Virus record (IMG/VR): IMGVR_UViG_3300031993_000024
Location: 64,001-128,000 of that record
Strand: one strand, 5' to 3'
From: a virus
Taxonomy: Duplodnaviria > Heunggongvirae > Uroviricota > Caudoviricetes
Length of the DNA stretch: 64,000 nucleotides
This document shows, piece after piece, positions 56,845-64,000 of the stretch. The first letter of the stretch is position 1; the number at the start of each line of letters is the position of its first letter. The notes under the pieces are model-generated. The model did no database searches. It saw only the letters and a program-made list of their open reading frames with translations, and was not told the DNA's origin. Made by a program: the position numbers and the translations under genes.

Positions 56845-59800
56845 ATGAATTCAAATTCGATTACTGAACTTTTTCAGAAGATACTTGCTCAGTCAAACAA
56901 CGCCCTTAGAATTTACAAAGGTATGTCTGACGCCGTATCATCTAAAGACCAAGAGGTTTCTATAGAAATAGAAGACCCTGATAATCCAGACAGTACGTTA
57001 ACCATAAAGGTTCCGTCTTTCGGATACCTTCTCTCAGCTGTCGACAGGCTTGACACGACCATGAAGACTTTGCAGAATGTCAACGGCGGCGGCAGTTCCG
57101 TAAGGCTTTCAGACGGCACGTACAGAAAGCTTATGCTCGCGAAGATTCCTTCAGAGGCTCCGACAGTAAAGACAGTCAACTCCGTAACAGAATTCAAGTT
57201 TAAGAATAACTGGTTTTTCGAAGACTTGATTAACCCTAAGCTGTATGCCGAAATCGATTTGACAGGCCAGGTTCCTGTCGATACGGAAAGAGTCTATACA
57301 GAGAGATATATCATAAAGGTAGCTAACGACACCCAGAAGGAATACTTTAACGCTGCATTCCGTGGCAAGACAGACATAGACTACAAGTCGTTCCTTTACC
57401 AGCTTATCCAGAATAATATCACATATATACTCGACAGCGAGGAACGCGACCTGCCAATGCGTAAGAAACGCTATACCGGTAATTTCTCCGTTACAGACAT
57501 TAACGAGATACAGGTCACGAGGACAATCAACGGCACCGAGTATACCGTTATGGATAAGGAATACATACTCGATACGTTTGAATACACCGACAACGGAAGC
57601 GGATACGAAAATTCTATGAAGCTGTCCCAGGGCGATATGCTTGAAGTTATCGGAGACACCATAACGACAAGGTATGAGATAACGGCGGTAGACAATTCCC
57701 GTCTTGCCGTACGCCTAAGGCTTGTAGAAGGCTATGAGGATATTCGTGCCGGCGAGAACGTGCTTAGGATGTCGGGAGCAAAGGATAATATCATAAAGGT
57801 AGAAGTTCCTATAGGATATGACGAATACACGGTAGTATTCGTAAAACCGATAGACCCTGATTCGAATATAGCTGCAACTGAATTTTCGCCTGGTACCGGA
57901 TTCTATACGTCAGACCTCGTATACACCAATCCATCTGGGTCAGTCGAGTCATTGCAGCAATTCTATTCGAAATATGTTGTTGATATAGGGCGTATGCTTA
58001 TATCGATGGCGAAAGACAGCTATCCGACAATCGCCGACGGTATCATACCGAACACTCCTGAACTCGACGTATCGAATTTCAGGGTTGTGCAGATTAACAA
58101 GCAGAAAAACTCGACTTCGTCAACTGAAAAGATGCAGAGCCTTATAGCAGAGAAGATTCAGCTGCAGAGCGGCATTTCTTCCCTTGACGATGAAATAAGG
58201 AGTTTGAACAAGAAAATTCAGACGACGATATATGATAATATGTCATCAAGGACGTCTGACGAACAAAGCCTTGCAGAGACCATAGAGAAAAGGAACACCC
58301 AGCAGGCGACATATAATACTGTCATAAACGAGATAGCAGCTCTTGCGAACAGCTCGACATACCTTGATGAGGCGAAATACCACATCAGAGGCTTCTGGCG
58401 CATTCCTGAAGAACAGAAGACGCCTAACGGCACGCAAAAGATTATCAAGTTCAAATACAGGTACAGATATGTATCGCTTGACGGTAAAAGCAATCCTAAC
58501 GACGAATACGAATATACGGACGGCAACGGCAATATCGTGAAAGCAGTTTATTCAAGCTGGAACGAAGGTGAGACGAAGCTGAGGAAAAGAAGCCTTGATA
58601 CTGCTACCGGCATGTACTATTGGGATGAAATCGACAACCTTGACGCCGAAAGCATAGACATAAACCAGATAGATATTGCGATAACATCTGGTGAGAAAGT
58701 CGAAATACAGGTTGCGTCCGTATCAGAGGCAGGCTATCCGGCCAACCCTCTTACATCGCCTTATTCAAAGTCTGTCATCATAGATTATCCAGAAGACGCT
58801 GTGACGGCGATAAACGCGAACTATATCGAGCAGAATAAGATGGACCTCGTATCTGCCCAGGTAAATTCCATACTCGACAGCCTTAACATCGACAAGCACA
58901 TGCAGACTGCGTTTTCTGTAGACAACAGATATGTGGCGCATACTGCGGACCAGATAAGTTCTGGATTCCTTACCCAGGAACAGACTCCTATCACGCTTTA
59001 TGACAAGCTGCTTTCGATTTCAAACGACATAGACGCGATAATTTCAAGGATTTCGAATACGGAAGACGAGATTATCGTCGATATGGTTACGCCTGAAGGC
59101 GACATCGTCAAGCTTAACGAGAACGCGAGGACATACATCTTTGCTGGATATTATAAAGAATGGGTTGACGCGAACATATCTGAGAACAGCATAATGCTTT
59201 CGACGAACACGGTAATATATCCTAAGGCTGGTGCCATTATGCAGAAGGAATACTATTTGCGCGTCGGCATCAAGTCAAACCTAAGGCTTAAGCTGTACTC
59301 GAAACTCAATGGTTCAAGGACGTCAATGGTACCTAACAGTATCGGAAACGCTTTCGAGCTTGCTGAAAACCCAGAATATCTTAAGAAGAAATACAGCTAC
59401 AGGTATGACTGGTATGACAATATCGTCCGTGATGACGTTGTCAATGACAATTATTATAACACGAAAGGACGGTATGACCTCGTGCCTATAAACTTGAGGG
59501 CTTCCGACTACTGCGATTTCCAGACTGCTTCTCCTAACATGTATCAGTCGTCTCAGCAAAGAGGCCAGTTCATATACTCGAGGTTCCGTGATATAACGAA
59601 CTCTTTCAATATGTATGCGAACGGCTCCGACAGCGATAAATTTAATGACGACGGATACTGGTCGTTAGAAGACGGTTACGGAATACTTAGCAACAAAGGT
59701 AATGACAATATGCAGCGAAGTGAACTGTTCGGAGCAGAAAGATGGGTTACTGCGTCGCAAGCCGTTCCTATTGACTATTCTTCAAAGAGTGGCATGTATT

Positions 59801-60921
59801 ACTTTACTATAAATGGAATAGGACAAGGATGTCTTGCGAACAGTGCAGATGCTCGTTCCGGCATAAGCCCTGATTTACTTGCTACTGTAAAGAAAAATTC
59901 ACTTTACAAGTTCACTTACAATCCTGCCCTTTCTTCAGTAAATGCTGAAAAAGAGGAGTATGAAAGATATAACGACCTTACCGGCTCCAGCTTGGCAGGA
60001 CCTGTTCATTGGAATCATACCGAGCATCACGATGACGCTCAGGAATTAAGCGATATGAATTATTTCACAGAATCATACCTTAGTATCCTTTACAGAATAC
60101 CGAGAACTTATAAGTATAAATCTTCGAATATCAGCGGGCTTTCAAACAACAGCCTTGTGAAAGCACGTGTTAGCAATATCACAATGGCTATGAAGGGGCG
60201 TGACCAGTATCTTAAGAGGGTATCGAAGAGGAGCACTGGTAATGAGACTACCATAATTCCAAGAATCCAGACAACATACGGATTCGGCAATTTCTTCAAA
60301 GAAGTAGAAGGTTCAGAGGCATCTGAAGGCTCTGAAAGCTCTGAAATGAGGGAGCAGTATATGACGACACATAAAATCGGATATACTACTGAAGACCAGT
60401 TCCTTGGTAACGCGCTTAATTCGAAAGACACATGTTTCAATACGTGTGGCTCGTATCTGTTCTTGTCTCCAACGACTCATACCGACATTCAGGTTGATGG
60501 CGATTCTTTAAGCTCTTATAAAGAGATAACCGATTACGAGAGCAAAATCATCATACCGGTCATATATCAGTCAAGAATGACTACATATCCTACAGATGAA
60601 GAGGCAAGAAGTCAAGGTAATGTTGATATTGTCGCACCTAAGGAATATTGGAGCGACAATGAGGAAAGTAAGAAATACAGAGGATACATATTCGGAGACC
60701 CTGGCCTTACTAATTATTCCGCTGAGACAATCAATACGATATACGCGAATATCATAGGTATCGACATCTGGCTTACAAATTCAGTATTGAGGCAGTATGA
60801 CATCATTATCTATTCGAAATATATCAGAGATGCTTCGTCGAGGTCGTCGCTTACTGTCGATATTTCAAGCGCGATTTCAGACGCAAGACAGACAATTAAC
60901 TCTAAATCAATAAAACTGTAA
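56845..60921 (+). CDS. large hypothetical protein, probably virion structural (baseplate/tail region)
   Basis: 1358 aa, S/T/N-rich, coiled-coil segment, near the terminase; function not recognisable. Confidence 0.55.
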   Translation: MNSNSITELFQKILAQSNNALRIYKGMSDAVSSKDQEVSIEIEDPDNPDSTLTIKVPSFGYLLSAVDRLDTTMKTLQNVNGGGSSVRLSDGTYRKLMLAKIPSEAPTVKTVNSVTEFKFKNNWFFEDLINPKLYAEIDLTGQVPVDTERVYTERYIIKVANDTQKEYFNAAFRGKTDIDYKSFLYQLIQNNITYILDSEERDLPMRKKRYTGNFSVTDINEIQVTRTINGTEYTVMDKEYILDTFEYTDNGSGYENSMKLSQGDMLEVIGDTITTRYEITAVDNSRLAVRLRLVEGYEDIRAGENVLRMSGAKDNIIKVEVPIGYDEYTVVFVKPIDPDSNIAATEFSPGTGFYTSDLVYTNPSGSVESLQQFYSKYVVDIGRMLISMAKDSYPTIADGIIPNTPELDVSNFRVVQINKQKNSTSSTEKMQSLIAEKIQLQSGISSLDDEIRSLNKKIQTTIYDNMSSRTSDEQSLAETIEKRNTQQATYNTVINEIAALANSSTYLDEAKYHIRGFWRIPEEQKTPNGTQKIIKFKYRYRYVSLDGKSNPNDEYEYTDGNGNIVKAVYSSWNEGETKLRKRSLDTATGMYYWDEIDNLDAESIDINQIDIAITSGEKVEIQVASVSEAGYPANPLTSPYSKSVIIDYPEDAVTAINANYIEQNKMDLVSAQVNSILDSLNIDKHMQTAFSVDNRYVAHTADQISSGFLTQEQTPITLYDKLLSISNDIDAIISRISNTEDEIIVDMVTPEGDIVKLNENARTYIFAGYYKEWVDANISENSIMLSTNTVIYPKAGAIMQKEYYLRVGIKSNLRLKLYSKLNGSRTSMVPNSIGNAFELAENPEYLKKKYSYRYDWYDNIVRDDVVNDNYYNTKGRYDLVPINLRASDYCDFQTASPNMYQSSQQRGQFIYSRFRDITNSFNMYANGSDSDKFNDDGYWSLEDGYGILSNKGNDNMQRSELFGAERWVTASQAVPIDYSSKSGMYYFTINGIGQGCLANSADARSGISPDLLATVKKNSLYKFTYNPALSSVNAEKEEYERYNDLTGSSLAGPVHWNHTEHHDDAQELSDMNYFTESYLSILYRIPRTYKYKSSNISGLSNNSLVKARVSNITMAMKGRDQYLKRVSKRSTGNETTIIPRIQTTYGFGNFFKEVEGSEASEGSESSEMREQYMTTHKIGYTTEDQFLGNALNSKDTCFNTCGSYLFLSPTTHTDIQVDGDSLSSYKEITDYESKIIIPVIYQSRMTTYPTDEEARSQGNVDIVAPKEYWSDNEESKKYRGYIFGDPGLTNYSAETINTIYANIIGIDIWLTNSVLRQYDIIIYSKYIRDASSRSSLTVDISSAISDARQTINSKSIKL

Positions 60922-60925
60922 GCTT

Positions 60926-61597
60926 ATGAACTTAAACTGTGATGAAAAAGTAGAGAGCGTAAGTTATAACATAACTACAGACGAAGTTAAGACAGCCTTG
61001 AGGGATTCCGGCCTTGAGGTCTGTTTTAACATTTTCTTCTCAGATAACAACGGAAATCTGCTGTCGGTTGATGACATCTCAATGATTCGGCTAACGTTTA
61101 TGAATAATTACTGCGAGTATCCGTTCCATGCTTTATACGGCATAGAAGAATCAGAGGAACATATCGAACTTTTCCCTTACGAAAACGAAGATTCCGAAGA
61201 TATGAGGATGCTTGCCCCGGATTCTGAGGCAGGCATAAAGGGCGGAATGCTGTACCATTATACTGATAATGCAAAGAAATACACGATAGAAGTACCTGAA
61301 GGCAGCAATAACATAGTGGTCGACGCGAACAGTTTCGGGAAGATAGACGCTCTTGAAGAACTTGAATTCACGACTGCCGAAAACGGATTCACTCTGTATG
61401 TTGAAGGAGCTGACGAAGATTCACCTGTATTCATATACAGAAATAATTCGCAGAGTGTTGGAGGGTTCTGGATGTGCCTCAAACCCGAATACATAGACAA
61501 GATGTCTGCAGGACCTTTGTATGCGTCAGCCGTAATAGGCTTGAAGAATGGTAAAATCTTTACGACTGGAAGTATCAAGCTTGCAGACGTAAAATAA
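60926..61597 (+). CDS. acidic hypothetical protein, possibly structural
   Basis: ORF track. Confidence 0.7.
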   Translation: MNLNCDEKVESVSYNITTDEVKTALRDSGLEVCFNIFFSDNNGNLLSVDDISMIRLTFMNNYCEYPFHALYGIEESEEHIELFPYENEDSEDMRMLAPDSEAGIKGGMLYHYTDNAKKYTIEVPEGSNNIVVDANSFGKIDALEELEFTTAENGFTLYVEGADEDSPVFIYRNNSQSVGGFWMCLKPEYIDKMSAGPLYASAVIGLKNGKIFTTGSIKLADVK

Positions 61598-61654
61598 GTC
61601 CATTTAGGGACTTTATCTCTAACCGAAAGTAAAACGATTAGTTTCTACAAGAAA

Positions 61655-61873
61655 ATGTCCCAGAATCAAGATATTGACAATTTTATGATGTTTCTTAAGC
61701 TCGCCGAGATTAAGGACATCGGTAATGCCGCCATACGGAGGGTACAGGACGAAAACCGCCTTAAAGGAATTCCTCTTGTATATTCGGTCGACGGTAAAAT
61801 CTATTACGAGCTCGCTGACGGGACAGTCACTACGAAAAGTCCGTTCACGGATGATAATAAGAAAAGCCATTGA
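61655..61873 (+). CDS. small protein resembling partners of zeta-toxin-like genes
   Basis: IGNAAIRRVQDENRLKGIPLVYSVDGKIYYELADG pattern, from recollection only. Confidence 0.45.
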   Translation: MSQNQDIDNFMMFLKLAEIKDIGNAAIRRVQDENRLKGIPLVYSVDGKIYYELADGTVTTKSPFTDDNKKSH

Positions 61874-61916
61874 ACCTGAATCCAATGACTTTCCTTTTTT
61901 AACTGCCCTACTGGTC

Positions 61917-62210
61917 TTAATAGCTCAGATGCTCGTATAGTTCAAGCCTGAGGTTGTTCGCATTGAGCTCAGGATATTTCTTCATGAGAAAATCTTCCAT
62001 ATCCTTGTCCGCCTGCATTATGGTATTCAGCTTCTCAAGGGTTTCGTCAGATTCTTTTTTCAGGTCCAGGTATTCCTGTATCCTGTCAGATGTAAGGTTT
62101 GACTTGATTTCTATAAGCGATTTCTTCAGCTTCGCAAGCTTGTCTGAAAGCTGCCCGTAAGCCTCTATGATGTTAAGGCATGTCTGCTTTTCTTCTTTTG
62201 TAAGTATCAT
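61917..62210 (-). CDS. coiled-coil hypothetical protein
   Basis: ATGA overlap with the upstream glycosyltransferase. Confidence 0.7.
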   Translation of the reverse strand: MILTKEEKQTCLNIIEAYGQLSDKLAKLKKSLIEIKSNLTSDRIQEYLDLKKESDETLEKLNTIMQADKDMEDFLMKKYPELNANNLRLELYEHLSY

Positions 62211-63049
62211 TTCAATTCGTTCCTTAATTTATAAAAAGCATCTCTTATAGTCGTGTCCTCTGTATCATAGCCGCCGAAAAATATATTGTCATATATCGAT
62301 TCCTGGTACCAAGGCTTGTCAGACGCCGCACTGCCTCTTCTGAGCTTATACCGCCAGTCCTGGTATGATTTTATGTGATAATGATAAATCCTCAGAGGGA
62401 ATTCATAATCAGTTTCCGCATACGAGGAACTGTCATCATATACCTGCAGCGAACCGTCTTTTTCGTCGTCATACAATATGGATGTCGTCAGCTTTCCGTT
62501 TATAAGCGGCGTATGCAGCGGCAGATGTTCTTCTGAAATCTTGGTGACATAATCGTAAGTATATGACTTCGTAAAGTATACGAATGTCTTTACCTGTGAT
62601 GACTTGTCATCACGGCGCATACAGCAGAAGTCAGGCATATTCGCAAATCCTCTGTCCGCTGCAAGGACTTTTGTCGACATAAGAATTTCAGGCACCTTAT
62701 AAGACACCCTTAAATATTCTTCGAACAGTTGAGACAGATTTTTTCCATATACCTTGTCATCATAGTACAGGTATTCGTCGTCGTCAAGGAATATGACATA
62801 ATCGCCTTCAGGAATATCGCAATGCTTCATGTATTCGGTATAAAGCTCTTTCTGCTTATGGAATCCTTCATACGGCTGTACTTTCACGAATTCTATAAAG
62901 TCTGCCTGAAATGTGTAATACCACGGAAAATTACAGAACACTGTTATCTTCCGTATAGATAATGCCTCTCTGTTCAAGACATACCACTCGAGGAGGTTGT
63001 CAAGGTCCGAAAGGAATCTCGGTTTTGTTAAAATGCAAATGTGTATCAT
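62207..63049 (-). CDS. GT-A fold glycosyltransferase (GT2/GT92-like)
   Basis: LLEWY, VIFLDDDEY (DxD), IYHYHIKS...W..KL.RG; likely ATG at 63049. Confidence 0.75.
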   Translation of the reverse strand: MIHICILTKPRFLSDLDNLLEWYVLNREALSIRKITVFCNFPWYYTFQADFIEFVKVQPYEGFHKQKELYTEYMKHCDIPEGDYVIFLDDDEYLYYDDKVYGKNLSQLFEEYLRVSYKVPEILMSTKVLAADRGFANMPDFCCMRRDDKSSQVKTFVYFTKSYTYDYVTKISEEHLPLHTPLINGKLTTSILYDDEKDGSLQVYDDSSSYAETDYEFPLRIYHYHIKSYQDWRYKLRRGSAASDKPWYQESIYDNIFFGGYDTEDTTIRDAFYKLRNELK

Positions 63050-63055
63050 AATGTA

Positions 63056-63068
63056 TATAAAAAACAAC
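63056..63068 (-). promoter_or_regulatory. GTTGTTTTTTATA motif on the minus strand
   Basis: reverse-complement copy just upstream of the minus-strand glycosyltransferase. Confidence 0.75.
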
Positions 63069-63070
63069 TT

Positions 63071-64000
63071 TTACCAGCTGTTTCCAAAGATATTTTCAGT
63101 CATCATTCCGGAATACCTTCGGCTCTGCCCGACTTGAATCGAGCCTGAAAATCCGCTGTCTGAATCCGACACGGTATCGAGGTTCGCCTCATAGTCTTCA
63201 AACTTGCCGTTGATTTCAAGCAGTTCGTCCATGAACTGTACGAAGTCCGTGGTATCAATGAAAGCAGATGAATCGACAAGGGCCATTATAGTATCGTCAT
63301 GGCTGCCGGCCGAGCCGTTCGCCTTATATGTGTCGCCGACCCTCGAGAAGCATTCCGATTCCATAATGGTATTCTTTTCAGAGATGTCATACTGGCCGTT
63401 TGAGCACATTCCCCTGAAACGTATGCAGAAAGCCTTCTTATTCTGGTTGTTCAGATACAGGCCGTAAGACTTCGTATCCTGCATCTGGTTTTTAATGAAC
63501 CGGCATATACAGTCTTTCGTGAAGTCATTGTTTTCTCCGTCCACCTTCAAAAGCGCTGTCATAAACAGCGAGCCGTATGTATTCGACTCGATAATAAGGC
63601 GCACGTTGTCGACACCGATAACCTGGACCACTATCCTGTAAAGGAGTTCTGCGGCAGTATCAAGCGATGTCGTATTTGACCTGAATATTCCGACCTGCTC
63701 GAATTTGAACAGATTCTTTTTGTCAGTCTCTTTATCGAAGTTTTCCTTCAGCTTCATTTCAAGGAACTGGAATATGATATAGTCGGCATTCCTTCCGCCG
63801 CCTTCTGCGAGGTCGCATGAAATGACAAACCTTCTGTTAGGGTCTGCAAGGTTTTCTATATCAAAATCATTCCGCCATACGAGATGCTGCCAGTCTTCCT
63901 TATAGTTGTTTTCAAGGACGCTGATGTCTTTGTATATGTATTCCTTTATGTTCTTGTTAAAGTGTTCGAGTGTTTCAGCTGAAAGCAGTATCGACCCTGA
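63071..64000 (-). CDS. terL: large terminase subunit, C-terminal nuclease part (T4 gp17-like; 5' end beyond the window)
   Basis: open frame from 64000; VISCDLAEG..DY, LIIESN, HDDTIMAL RNase H motifs. Confidence 0.88.
   Translation of the reverse strand, partial: SGSILLSAETLEHFNKNIKEYIYKDISVLENNYKEDWQHLVWRNDFDIENLADPNRRFVISCDLAEGGGRNADYIIFQFLEMKLKENFDKETDKKNLFKFEQVGIFRSNTTSLDTAAELLYRIVVQVIGVDNVRLIIESNTYGSLFMTALLKVDGENNDFTKDCICRFIKNQMQDTKSYGLYLNNQNKKAFCIRFRGMCSNGQYDISEKNTIMESECFSRVGDTYKANGSAGSHDDTIMALVDSSAFIDTTDFVQFMDELLEINGKFEDYEANLDTVSDSDSGFSGSIQVGQSRRYSGMMTENIFGNSW

Noticed and set aside
516-60440. Many minus-strand ORFs in the track (e.g. 516-800, 5156-5683, 22557-23039, 60108-60440)
   Set aside because: They are antisense shadows of tightly packed + strand genes, with atypical composition and no start context.
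56845-60921. Intein or intron in the 1358-aa gene or in terL
   Set aside because: No intein splice motifs or interrupted frames are visible in the parts present.
1-64000. Whole-genome alternative genetic code (TAG=Gln or TGA=Trp)
   Set aside because: Long genes have no internal TAG/TGA. TAG and TGA end genes where paralogs end and in ATGA overlaps. Only scattered loci are interrupted, and these are reported as a finding.

Overview
This is a 64-kb segment of a large, AT-rich, T4-like tailed phage, probably a jumbo phage of a Bacteroidota host. The evidence is a gp17-type terminase at the right edge, A/T-rich start contexts without Shine-Dalgarno motifs, and a TAnnTTTG-type promoter. From 1 to 56.8 kb is a densely packed + strand accessory region of about 120 small ORFs. 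It includes M14 peptidase, YopX-like, MazG-like, metallophosphoesterase, HAD, ABC-type ATPase, Thg1-like, MmcB-like, DenV-like, pentapeptide and 3'-5' exonuclease genes, one tRNA-Arg(CCT) and an IscB/omegaRNA element. From 56.8 to 64 kb is a probable virion/packaging module. The most unusual signals are: (1) several expanded paralog families built as constant-variable-constant-variable-constant cassettes, with near-identical DNA anchors, shuffled half-modules and direct repeats at gene junctions; (2) repeated in-frame TAG/TGA codons in otherwise gene-like frames where Gln/Trp would fit, in one case aligned to a Trp of a paralog; (3) degenerate stand-alone fragments of the large terminase; (4) a 13-nt strand-specific motif, GTTGTTTTTTATA, present 12 times just upstream of genes. 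All homology calls come from motif recognition by eye; no searches were run.
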